IMG/VR virus record: IMGVR_UViG_3300035208_002958
Location: 1 to 64,000 of that record
Strand: one strand, 5' to 3'
From: a virus
Lineage: Duplodnaviria; Caudoviricetes
Length of the DNA stretch: 64,000 nucleotides
The position numbers and the translations under genes are program-made. The notes under the pieces are model-generated. The model saw only the letters and a program-made list of their open reading frames with translations. It was not told the origin of the DNA and did no database searches. Below, one piece after another: positions 1-8,540 of this stretch (position 1 is its first letter; every line of letters starts with the position of its first letter).

Positions 1-81
1 TTATTTGCTGATATTATCCAAATCAACTTCATCAGGTGTTGTGTTCAATCGCTCACATAATTCTTCTAATGTATCTATCAT
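1..81 (-). pseudogene. Truncated copy of the Trp-repeat gene (MIDTLEELCERLNTTPDEVDLDNISK*)
   Basis: 8..111 is identical to 45500..45603; TAA at 1..3 falls where the repeat consensus has TAT; anything further downstream lies outside the window. Confidence 0.65.
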
Positions 82-123
82 ATAAATCTCCTGTTTATCG
101 AATATAGAAAACTTTGTGGGTTG

Positions 124-681
124 TCAATTAGAAAGTTTCTCAATTTCACTAGCTTTCATCCAGCTTTTGGACTTGTTCTTCATGTTTCGAGCACCCAGAT
201 ACAGAACTCCATCGTATTCGAAAACGAACTGAGTCAGACCTTTTTCAGTGGCTTTCTCGATCAGTGTCGTATAGTGATTGAAAAACGCAGTCGTGGTAGA
301 ACCCTTCAATCCATTGCACCGTTCGCACATGGGCAGGTAATTGGCCTGTACATCCCCGCCACCATCGGACTTTGCATGCACATGATCTTTGGTAAGGTAG
401 AACTCTTCACCATCGATTTCCACGATGAAATTGAAGTGGGCACGATTCTCACCAGTTTCGCACAGGTACACTTTCTTCGCAGTGGCACCGCACTTGTAAC
501 AGGTGCAGCCTTTTTCCTTGAACAATACATAGCGTTGGGAATTGGCATATACCGAGTACGGGCCATGTTCGGTATTCATTTCAATGGATTCTTCCTTTTC
601 ACCGATACCATCGATAACAAATCCATCGAATACGTAGTCAGGGGTAACTTCAGCAACAACTTTCAAATTCTTAGGTAACAT
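124..681 (-). CDS. HNH endonuclease
   Basis: CxxCG...TKDHVHAKSDGG...N...MCERCN motif; ATG 681 with GGAG SD. Confidence 0.8.
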   Translation of the reverse strand: MLPKNLKVVAEVTPDYVFDGFVIDGIGEKEESIEMNTEHGPYSVYANSQRYVLFKEKGCTCYKCGATAKKVYLCETGENRAHFNFIVEIDGEEFYLTKDHVHAKSDGGGDVQANYLPMCERCNGLKGSTTTAFFNHYTTLIEKATEKGLTQFVFEYDGVLYLGARNMKNKSKSWMKASEIEKLSN

Positions 682-691
682 ATTACTCCTA

Positions 692-1213
692 TTAGAGCGA
701 CAACTCGGTTTGTTTAGGCTCAGCGTCTTTTCCCTCAACTGTTTTCATATACACATCGTCCCGAAGTAACTGACCTTTACGCCCAACGGCACACAACGCA
801 TCCACACGTTCATTGTACACATGACCATTATGGGCTTTCACCCATACAAATGTTGGATTGTATTTATCAACCAATACAGCCAGTTGTTTCCATAGATCCA
901 AGTTGAGAAGCGTACCGTTTTTCCAGTTGCTCTTTTTCCACGACACCATCCATTTCTGATTGAATGCGTTTACGACATACTTTGAATCGGCGTATATGGT
1001 AACAGACGCAACGTTATCCGACTTCAGGGTTTGCAGAGCTTCAATCACGGCCATCAACTCCATTCTGTTGTTGGTCGTATGCTCATATCCGCCGCACAAT
1101 TCGGTTTCATGAGCAATTTTTTCACACCGTAGAATTGCACCCCATCCCCCGATTCCGGGGTTTTTAGGTGCGGCTCCACCATCGGTGTAAATATCGATAT
1201 CAAATTTAGCCAT
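692..1213 (-). CDS. rnhA: Ribonuclease HI
   Basis: YTDGG..NPG.GGWG, TTNNRMEL, DSKYV, WVKAH.G..YNERVD. Confidence 0.95.
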   Translation of the reverse strand: MAKFDIDIYTDGGAAPKNPGIGGWGAILRCEKIAHETELCGGYEHTTNNRMELMAVIEALQTLKSDNVASVTIYADSKYVVNAFNQKWMVSWKKSNWKNGTLLNLDLWKQLAVLVDKYNPTFVWVKAHNGHVYNERVDALCAVGRKGQLLRDDVYMKTVEGKDAEPKQTELSL

Positions 1214-1297
1214 AGGTTCTCCAGTTTCAATATGGAAATATAGAAAACTATTTGGATTTGTCAATTATAAACTTTACATATATACACGGAGATAACA

Positions 1298-1462
1298 ATA
1301 CCTAGCATCGAAACCCCATTTGGTTCATTCGAACTCAATATAGAAAAAAGCCCAGTAGATACCAGAGACTACATTGCATAAGCCATTTATGGTGACGGTG
1401 AATTGCCGTCTGAGTATACTACGGTGGGTGAACTCAACATTACCCGCAGTTCCGTGGTATAA
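1298..1462 (+). pseudogene. Degraded ORF remnant behind a TATAAACT promoter
   Basis: GGAG SD followed by ATA instead of ATG; internal TAA 1379..1381; D.RDY...LP..Y resembles the N-terminus of C1 peptidases. Confidence 0.35.
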
Positions 1463-1498
1463 GCAGATATGGCGATTCGTGAAAAAGCTATTCGGCCT

Positions 1499-1894
1499 TT
1501 AAGACTCAGATATAAATGACTTACCCAATGACCTCTTATCGGAGGTCATTATTGTATAACCACGTTTCACAAGAGAATCGAATAAAAAGCCACGTAGTAT
1601 CGTTTCGACATACACATATCGATTGTACTTTATAGCGAGTAATTCGATCTCATTTATGAACTGAGTGAAATAGCCTTTTCCTTGACATTCTTTGTCTACT
1701 TCGACCGTAGCAATATCAATCGAGTCAACCATTTTACCATCAAGGTATCTGGTGGTAACTCGAAAATACAGATCCAAATGATATCGATCAATTCGAACCC
1801 ATTTTCTATGTCGCTGACCTGTGCGAAGACACTCTTCGATTTGATGCATGTTACTCGGACACGGGAACGACTTCAGATTCACCCTTGGTCGCAT
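1499..1894 (-). CDS. GNAT-family acetyltransferase
   Basis: IATVEV...QGKGY acetyl-CoA motif A; KRGY near the C-terminus. Confidence 0.65.
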   Translation of the reverse strand: MRPRVNLKSFPCPSNMHQIEECLRTGQRHRKWVRIDRYHLDLYFRVTTRYLDGKMVDSIDIATVEVDKECQGKGYFTQFINEIELLAIKYNRYVYVETILRGFLFDSLVKRGYTIMTSDKRSLGKSFISES

Positions 1895-2456
1895 CCTTCT
1901 TCTCTTTGTGAACAGGAACCAGAAGAATCACATTACGATTGGGTGTCTGTGAAGGTTTTCCCTCGATGCTTCCGTTTTCGATATGGGTCATAACCATTTC
2001 AGTCATCTTGGCAGACAACTCAGGGATACGACCTTTTTCACGACCACGAAACTCCATAACGATCTGGACTCGGTTACCCTGTGAAAGAAACTTGTCGGCT
2101 TCCTTCATCTTACGAACAGCATCGTTTTCAGCAATGTTGGGACGCAGATGGATTTCCTTCAACTGGGTAGTCTTGCTACCCTTTTTCTTTTCTTTTTCTT
2201 TCTTCTTGAGTTCGTAGACATATTTGTCTGCGTTCCCAATGAAACACACGGGAGGAGTAGCATTAGCTGCCAGCTCAATAAGGTCCAATCCGGCTTCTTT
2301 CGCCTTGATATTGGCCTCTTTGCTGCTCATGATACCGATGAACTGACGATCCTTATCCAACAGACGCACTTTGGGATGCGTAATGTCGTAGTTGGTATTC
2401 ACCAACTTTTCAACAGGCTTGTTGTTACGGGACCGAGTGTTCTTATTCATGTTCAT
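1851..2456 (-). CDS. infC: Translation initiation factor IF3
   Basis: N..I....VRL, LDLIE....A.PPVC, Lys-rich linker, KEIHLRP.I...D, FRGRE. Confidence 0.92.
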   Translation of the reverse strand: MNMNKNTRSRNNKPVEKLVNTNYDITHPKVRLLDKDRQFIGIMSSKEANIKAKEAGLDLIELAANATPPVCFIGNADKYVYELKKKEKEKKKGSKTTQLKEIHLRPNIAENDAVRKMKEADKFLSQGNRVQIVMEFRGREKGRIPELSAKMTEMVMTHIENGSIEGKPSQTPNRNVILLVPVHKEKKDATKGESEVVPVSE

Positions 2457-2521
2457 GTGTATTCCTCGTAGGGTTGCGGGTTAAGCAGAAATATAGAAAA
2501 AGTTTTTGTTTTGTCAATCAC

Positions 2522-2986
2522 TTATTCTACCATTTCTTTAATCAACAAATAAGCCCCTACAGCATCCCAATTAGGGAACGTATCAGAACCAAACTTAATC
2601 AATTCACCCTCAAATCCATCCTGACCATTTCCGAAAGGTCGGTCATCGATCAGATAGTCTCCATGAAACAGAGACTTGTTGGGAGATAGAATAAGCTTCT
2701 CGACTACTTCCATTCCGAATTTGTCTTCCACCCACAATCGTTTTTCCATATAGCACATTGGATTGTAAACGGAAGGGGCAGTCAAAATGTATACATCGAG
2801 ATTGGGATGATTGAACAATTCCATAAACCACTTGATCGCACCCGAAAGAGGGTCGAGCTTTCGAAAAAAATCCACTTGGGATTGAGGCCACATAATTTCA
2901 GGAGTCCGCTTTAATGCAGCATGGTATGCACCACTGAAATCACATAACACATCATCCATGTCAACGTATACAATTTTCTTCTTCAT
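2522..2986 (-). CDS. 5'(3')-deoxyribonucleotidase (NT5C, HAD)
   Basis: YVDMDDVLCDF, ILTAP, EKRLWV, GDYLIDD. Confidence 0.88.
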   Translation of the reverse strand: MKKKIVYVDMDDVLCDFSGAYHAALKRTPEIMWPQSQVDFFRKLDPLSGAIKWFMELFNHPNLDVYILTAPSVYNPMCYMEKRLWVEDKFGMEVVEKLILSPNKSLFHGDYLIDDRPFGNGQDGFEGELIKFGSDTFPNWDAVGAYLLIKEMVE

Positions 2987-3020
2987 GATAATCCTAAAAA
3001 GGGTGCTGAAGCACCCATTG

Positions 3021-3212
3021 TTATAGTGTTACGAGCGTAACAGATGCTTCGTCTGGAACTTCGTCAACGAGTGGCTTTCGGTCAAACGTCAGTGTTGATG
3101 TCCCATCGGTGCCGTAGTTGTCGCCGTTGATCTTTTCGATGACATAGCGTTCACCATAAAATTCAACAGTGCTTCCTTCCTTAATCTCAGAGCCATTCTT
3201 ATCGTAGAACAT
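3021..3212 (-). CDS. Hypothetical protein
   Basis: ORF with GAGG SD; DKNG.EI.EG motif typical of small phage proteins. Confidence 0.6.
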   Translation of the reverse strand: MFYDKNGSEIKEGSTVEFYGERYVIEKINGDNYGTDGTSTLTFDRKPLVDEVPDEASVTLVTL

Positions 3213-3230
3213 GAGTTACCTCGATATTGG

Positions 3231-3518
3231 TTACAGTGTTTCCAGTGTTTTACGCAATTCAGCTTCGGGCATAACGCCACTATGCTTCTTTACCAATACA
3301 CCATTCTTATAGAACACGAGTGTGGGAACAGACATGATTCCCTCTGCCGCAGTCAATTCCATTTCTTGGTCGATATCGACATGAACAACTTTAACAGCGG
3401 GGTTTTCAGTAGCCACTCGATCCATGATAGGGGTCATCATCTTACAAGGACCACACCAGATAGCGGAATACTTAACTACTGTGATTCCTTCTTTGCTAAG
3501 TTCATCTTCAAGTTTCAT
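3231..3518 (-). CDS. trxA: Thioredoxin
   Basis: WCGPC active site, SVPT cis-Pro. Confidence 0.93.
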   Translation of the reverse strand: MKLEDELSKEGITVVKYSAIWCGPCKMMTPIMDRVATENPAVKVVHVDIDQEMELTAAEGIMSVPTLVFYKNGVLVKKHSGVMPEAELRKTLETL

Positions 3519-3631
3519 TCACTTTTCTCCGTAGGTTTTCGTTTGAAACTACTTTGTACATTCCATATGGAACCGCCCATATAGGAAATGTAACAAACAA
3601 CAACATATATCCCCAAGCCTTTACAACGTTG

Positions 3632-4159
3632 TTAATCATAAAGACCATAACCAATATGAACATTCAGATTGTCATCCCAATACCCATTGAAAGTCGGAAT
3701 CTCTTCGCTATCAGCAAGTTTTTCCCACTCGAATTCAGGAAGTGACTGTTTGATAAACCACATGAGCAGTGCAACCAGTCCATCCTCATTAACGCAGAAT
3801 CGTCCGCCATCTTCTTCACACAGTTGGCGGCTCTCAGGATCACCGTAGTCCTCCGATACCTCACATAGAAATTCATCGGTCATACCATGTTCTTTCATGA
3901 TCTCGATGACTTCAATCGAAATGTATGGTTCTTCATACTCGGTGCAAATGTGATATTTTCGATCTTCTTCATAACTGCGTTTTAGTCCAGTGAAGTCATC
4001 GTTATGATTGAATGAGAAGCCAAACTTCTTACATGATGCTTTGTATGCATCCTGCATAGCTTTTTTGGATACATTCACCTTGATAGGATACTTCTCGGTT
4101 TTTCCATGACCATCATCCGACCAGTCACCGAGTACAATATCAATCCTTTCCATTGTCAT
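3632..4159 (-). CDS. Conserved phage hypothetical protein
   Basis: GDWSDDGHG N-terminal and GYGL C-terminal motifs; GGAG SD. Confidence 0.65.
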   Translation of the reverse strand: MTMERIDIVLGDWSDDGHGKTEKYPIKVNVSKKAMQDAYKASCKKFGFSFNHNDDFTGLKRSYEEDRKYHICTEYEEPYISIEVIEIMKEHGMTDEFLCEVSEDYGDPESRQLCEEDGGRFCVNEDGLVALLMWFIKQSLPEFEWEKLADSEEIPTFNGYWDDNLNVHIGYGLYD

Positions 4160-4664
4160 TCTCCGTTGTGTAATGTACAGTTGGGGCAACACCAGTTGCG
4201 TTTTTGGGATGATCTTTCAACAAAACTATCAGGCCCTGTGCAAAATCATTTGCGTCCTTGAATTTCATTTCCATCATCATACGCTGGACTTTACGTCTGA
4301 GTAGATTCTGAGCTGTGCCGCTATTCCATTTACCAGAACGCACCCAAGCGATATCAGAATCGGATTCCATAGTCATTGCACTATCACGGTCATGGTCATT
4401 TGTATAACCACCCTTGGTAGGGAAATCGAATTCGTTGTTACGAGGTTCGTCAAACATGTGATATACAGTGACTTCAATGTCATGGTATTTCTGTTGAAGA
4501 GAATAGAGATAGCTTTGTGCCATCTGATCCACACCATAATAGTCACCTACCACAAATTTGCTTTTGGGGTCACGTAGCACAATGTTCATGATTTCTTTGG
4601 CATAATGCCTCTGAAATTCTTTATTGGCTATGTCTCGATGACCAGATATGAAAAACGTACTCAT
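4140..4664 (-). CDS. SLOG-superfamily nucleotide-binding protein
   Basis: ISGHR, VGD..GVD..AQ, RD.AM, SGT..N. Confidence 0.6.
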   Translation of the reverse strand: MSTFFISGHRDIANKEFQRHYAKEIMNIVLRDPKSKFVVGDYYGVDQMAQSYLYSLQQKYHDIEVTVYHMFDEPRNNEFDFPTKGGYTNDHDRDSAMTMESDSDIAWVRSGKWNSGTAQNLLRRKVQRMMMEMKFKDANDFAQGLIVLLKDHPKNATGVAPTVHYTTENDNGKD

Positions 4665-4673
4665 TGTTACTCC

Positions 4674-5009
4674 TTAATAAACAATCTTCCAAATATCAGA
4701 CTCAAGTTCAATTTGGCTCCGATTTGCATGCATCTCACCTGTAATTCTATCAGACACGTGACTCGCCTTAAGTTTAACCAGACCTATGTTATCGATCATA
4801 GTTTCAACCGTCACATTCAAGTAGATTGCTGTATGTGAATAAACTCTGGTTAATGGAAACCCACGGGTATAACTTTCAAACAATATACTATGAATACGAT
4901 CCCTCTCATTGTCTCCGATAGAGGGAACATCGAATGCATTTCTAGCCGACGAGAAAAATATGTCAATACTTTTCTCAAACACGAAATGTTGTATCCATAG
5001 TTTCAGCAT
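4674..5009 (-). CDS. Hypothetical protein
   Basis: Coupled TAATG overlap with the upstream gene. Confidence 0.5.
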   Translation of the reverse strand: MLKLWIQHFVFEKSIDIFFSSARNAFDVPSIGDNERDRIHSILFESYTRGFPLTRVYSHTAIYLNVTVETMIDNIGLVKLKASHVSDRITGEMHANRSQIELESDIWKIVY

Positions 5010-5518
5010 TACTTGATATTCAATCTTTCACTGTCGCAGTGACTTGCGAAGAATCCCTTAGGCATTTTGAGAAGTGACAGTTCGCCAAAATCGCCTTTGA
5101 ATCCGATGGATGCAAGTGCAGTAGGGACTTCACGTTCAACCCAATCAGGTTCATGGAACATGGAGTTCTTGATTCCCCAGTCAGTAAGACGCTTCTGCCA
5201 TGTGAGAAGCTCAGCTTCATCTTTCACGGCCAGATAAATCAAGGTTCCGTTACCCCAAGTGAAAAGCTGAGCAAGATGTTCATCTGAATACAAAGTATCG
5301 GCTTCAATCGACAACGGAGTCACCCAATTACGAATTCGATCACGATTGTGGCAATCTCGATTGAAAGGGACTGTAAGCGGCTGGCTCATCACATACTGCA
5401 AAGCAGCATGACCAGCCTGAACCGCCTGATGTTCGTAAGGGATATCGGTTCTCACCAGAACAAACAGTCTGATGAAATCACCCGGATTGGAATTGTTATC
5501 TAGTACTGGATATGCCAT
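5009..5518 (-). CDS. Pth2-like peptidyl-tRNA hydrolase (phage type)
   Basis: VLVRTD....QAVQAGHA, IYL.V..E..L, F.EPD.....TA. Confidence 0.7.
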   Translation of the reverse strand: MAYPVLDNNSNPGDFIRLFVLVRTDIPYEHQAVQAGHAALQYVMSQPLTVPFNRDCHNRDRIRNWVTPLSIEADTLYSDEHLAQLFTWGNGTLIYLAVKDEAELLTWQKRLTDWGIKNSMFHEPDWVEREVPTALASIGFKGDFGELSLLKMPKGFFASHCDSERLNIK

Positions 5519-6381
5519 TACTTACCACCATTGAGTAAAGTTGATTTGTAATCGGTGAATGCTTTGTACACATATTTCAGTTCATCATAAATGATGAATG
5601 ATTCACCTTTCTGTTTGAGGTCATCGGGAATTCCGTAGAGTGCCTCTGCAATCGATCCAACGATAGCACCTACAGTATCACTATCCGCATAGGGAATGGT
5701 GACAGCCTTGAACACCGCATCATGGAAATTATTAGTTGTCATGAGACAATGCATAACCAGACGCATAGTTTCAGGACATACCGCATCGAAATGATAGTAC
5801 TGTTCGATTGGTTCGTAGTACAACCAATTGCTTTTCAGGTTCCCGATAATGCTCTTGAGATTCCATCCAGTACGAGCAAGATAGATCATCAACGCAGTCG
5901 CCTGTGCACCCTTGATACCTTCAGGGTGATTATGGGTAGGAATAGCTGAATAGTACGCCAGTTCCAACGCTTCATCCAGAGAGGTTGCGAAATACGCAAC
6001 AGGTGAAACTCGCATCGCACTTCCGTTACCACAGCTATTGTATGGACCAGCATTTTTATCGGAGGCCCATGCACGGAATCCAGCACCGAATCCACCGATA
6101 GGATCTTTGTATCGATCTGCGAATTCTTTGTAATACTTATTGAAATAATCTTCCGGTCTGAACCCGTCAATGGGAGAGAACTTCAACTGCATACATGCAC
6201 GAGCAGTTGCCAAGCTGAGAAGAGAATCATCTGTCATACCATAATTGATGACAGTACCTAGCAGTCCTTCGTGTTCAGGAATGTCCTTATGATTCGGCAA
6301 TAGACCGAGTTCAGGATTCTTATTGGTCTTTCTGAATTCACGAAATGAACCAGCAACGTCTCCAATTATAGCACCTAACAT
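5518..6381 (-). CDS. ADP-ribosylglycohydrolase (DraG/ARH)
   Basis: GAIIGD, TDDS, GNGSAMR, THNHPE, DSDT. Confidence 0.92.
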   Translation of the reverse strand: MLGAIIGDVAGSFREFRKTNKNPELGLLPNHKDIPEHEGLLGTVINYGMTDDSLLSLATARACMQLKFSPIDGFRPEDYFNKYYKEFADRYKDPIGGFGAGFRAWASDKNAGPYNSCGNGSAMRVSPVAYFATSLDEALELAYYSAIPTHNHPEGIKGAQATALMIYLARTGWNLKSIIGNLKSNWLYYEPIEQYYHFDAVCPETMRLVMHCLMTTNNFHDAVFKAVTIPYADSDTVGAIVGSIAEALYGIPDDLKQKGESFIIYDELKYVYKAFTDYKSTLLNGGK

Positions 6382-6389
6382 ATGATCTC

Positions 6390-6731
6390 CTAGAAAGGCT
6401 GAGCTTCGTCAGATTGTGTCTGCTTCAGACTGAACGATTTTGCGGGTGCAGTCGATACATGTGTGGGTGCAGGAGTAGTGGTCGCAGTACTGATAGTCTG
6501 CCTCCGTTCTTTGCGGTCTTTCCACGAAACATGCTTGAGAGCATTCTCTTCAGATTCAGCTTTACGAGCAGCCCAGCTCTTATGTTCACGAGGGGCGGCT
6601 TCAAGTTCAACCGATACCTTATTCTGGACCTTACCACAATCCAAACAGTAAATAACTTTTTGGGTGGTCTTGTTTTTCAGCGTAATCTCACTGACTCCCA
6701 TATTGGGAGATTTGCAATCACAGCAATTCAT
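6390..6731 (-). CDS. Hypothetical Zn-ribbon protein
   Basis: Two CxxC pairs; GGAG SD; TAG stop. Confidence 0.55.
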   Translation of the reverse strand: MNCCDCKSPNMGVSEITLKNKTTQKVIYCLDCGKVQNKVSVELEAAPREHKSWAARKAESEENALKHVSWKDRKERRQTISTATTTPAPTHVSTAPAKSFSLKQTQSDEAQPF

Positions 6732-6832
6732 GGTTACTCCGGGGATTGAGTTGGTTGAGGTTGAATAGTGGATACGGAATCCACCGACTGTGCAGGATAA
6801 TAGTCAGATTCCGGTGATAAGCAAAGCCTTTT

Positions 6833-7048
6833 TCATTCATTTACCTCAATTGTGTTACTGGGACGTTTGAATCCATATGCGTCCATAGGTCGCTCGGAGG
6901 TAATAGGAATAACAACTTTACCACAATTAGGGCAAGTGAATTCAGTTCCATAATATACCACCGAATCATTGTATACAACTGGCACTGAGGTGTCAGTGCA
7001 TCGCATAGGGGTGCCACATGCACCACATACAACTCGTTCAAGCAACAT
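6833..7048 (-). CDS. Small Zn-ribbon protein
   Basis: CGACG and CPNCG. Confidence 0.55.
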   Translation of the reverse strand: MLLERVVCGACGTPMRCTDTSVPVVYNDSVVYYGTEFTCPNCGKVVIPITSERPMDAYGFKRPSNTIEVNE

Positions 7049-7092
7049 TGGATTCTCCGTTTGTGGAAAATATAGAAAAAAATTGAATTTTG

Positions 7093-7956
7093 TTAACCAA
7101 ATTCAATAATAATCCACTTCTTTTTTAACTTATTACAGCGAATCCCACCACCTAGATCAAAATGCCTTGTACTCGGATCAGTAGAAAACATCCGTTCGCA
7201 AGCCTCATACGAGAGTCCTCGCCCAGTAAAAAACTTACTCACATAGAAATGGAACAGCATGTCGGGTTCCAGATCTTTTGAGATCCATAATCTGTTATGC
7301 TCATCAAAAAAAATTTTCCCCGCATACAATTCAGTCGCCATCGACATCAATCGAGGCAGTAATCTTTGCATTGTATCTACAATCATACCAATTGTTTTCG
7401 TCATTGGTTTTGTGTCGTATGAATGACGAAACCAATTTCGCAGGAAAGTAGTGTCTGTATTGGTAGAATCCTCTCGATATGGAATATCAAGACGTTTACA
7501 TTCATCGTAAATTTCATCTTTACTCCAATCGAGAAGGGGCCGGAATAGCACACCATCGTCTCGATGGATACAGGACATTCCCTGCAACCCAGTTCCCCGC
7601 AACATTCGCATAAGAAATGTTTCGGACTGGTCATCTGCATTATGAGCAGTAACAATATGATTTAAGTCATAGAAATCCATGACTCGATTGAACATTCTGT
7701 ATCTAGCGTCACGAGCAGCGGCTTCAAAGTTACCAGATGAATCTAGCGTAACACGTTTGGTATGGCAGGAGATTTCATATCGTTCACAATATTCTCTAAC
7801 CAATAATTCATCTTGGTCTGAATCCGATCTCACCCCATAGTTCAAATGCACTACCTGAATGTTTTTCGCATGTCGGTAGTGATGAAGAAGGAACATAGAA
7901 TCGGCACCACCAGATACACCAAGTACACAATTTGATCTTACTTCAATCGGTTTCAT
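7093..7956 (-). CDS. tilS: tRNA(Ile)-lysidine synthetase
   Basis: SGGADS PP-loop, AHNADDQSETFL..RGTG, RPLL, EDSTN, RN..RH. Confidence 0.92.
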   Translation of the reverse strand: MKPIEVRSNCVLGVSGGADSMFLLHHYRHAKNIQVVHLNYGVRSDSDQDELLVREYCERYEISCHTKRVTLDSSGNFEAAARDARYRMFNRVMDFYDLNHIVTAHNADDQSETFLMRMLRGTGLQGMSCIHRDDGVLFRPLLDWSKDEIYDECKRLDIPYREDSTNTDTTFLRNWFRHSYDTKPMTKTIGMIVDTMQRLLPRLMSMATELYAGKIFFDEHNRLWISKDLEPDMLFHFYVSKFFTGRGLSYEACERMFSTDPSTRHFDLGGGIRCNKLKKKWIIIEFG

Positions 7957-8097
7957 GCCATTCAATATAGAAAAAAACTCAAATTTGGTAAGTGTAAAAA
8001 CCAAGATTTGAGTTTCAATGTAGTTTTAGAGGTAAGTTGTATTTCTCATGTAATAGGCTTATAAACTATAAATAAGCGTTATTACAAGGCACTTCCA

Positions 8098-8232
8098 TGA
8101 GCGACGAAGCAATCAAATACATCATTGGTAGAATCAAGAAAAGCACAAGCGATTCACAGACTCGGAAGACTTGTTACCTTTACGTGAAAAAAATCAAAGA
8201 TCGACTAGATAAAATCAAGGACAGAACTTAAA
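8098..8232 (+). CDS. Small basic protein (44 aa, MSDEAIKYIIGRIKK...)
   Basis: Lies between a TATAAACT motif at 8060 and a terminator-like hairpin; absent from the ORF track. Confidence 0.4.
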
Positions 8233-8258
8233 AAAGCCCTTTGGCAGGGCTAATTTCA

Positions 8259-8444
8259 TTATTCGTAATCGTATCCTTCGGTTTCCCACTCCTGATATTC
8301 CTGTTCGTCAGCACGTCTCAGTTTATCAAAACATTCCTCACATACATATCGATCTTCATATGGTAGGAGATCATCATCAGATGACATATTATGTTCGCAT
8401 TCGGAACACATTAATCTGCAATCATATACATTTTCTTCATTCAT
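8259..8444 (-). CDS. Small acidic Zn-finger protein
   Basis: CSEC / CEEC; GGAG SD. Confidence 0.5.
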   Translation of the reverse strand: MNEENVYDCRLMCSECEHNMSSDDDLLPYEDRYVCEECFDKLRRADEQEYQEWETEGYDYE

Positions 8445-8540
8445 TGTTTACTCCATGAGTTAGTAAATTACACCAAGTGTTTATTCGTTTCATGGTATCA
8501 CAATGATTTCAATGTCAATTATAAACTAATTTATTTGCCC

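Noticed and set aside
1213-1264. Long N-terminal extensions in the ORF track (e.g. 1264, 8004, 10910, 12723, 20332, 34989, 45986, 47348)
   Set aside because: They run through promoter motifs (often starting at the TTG of TTGACA) or neighbouring genes; downstream ATGs, most with clear SDs, are better starts.
6381-6392. TAG readthrough fusion into the ARH gene
   Set aside because: The next start is 8 nt away (out of frame); the TAG simply overlaps the SD. This is a counter-example to the in-frame TAG pattern.
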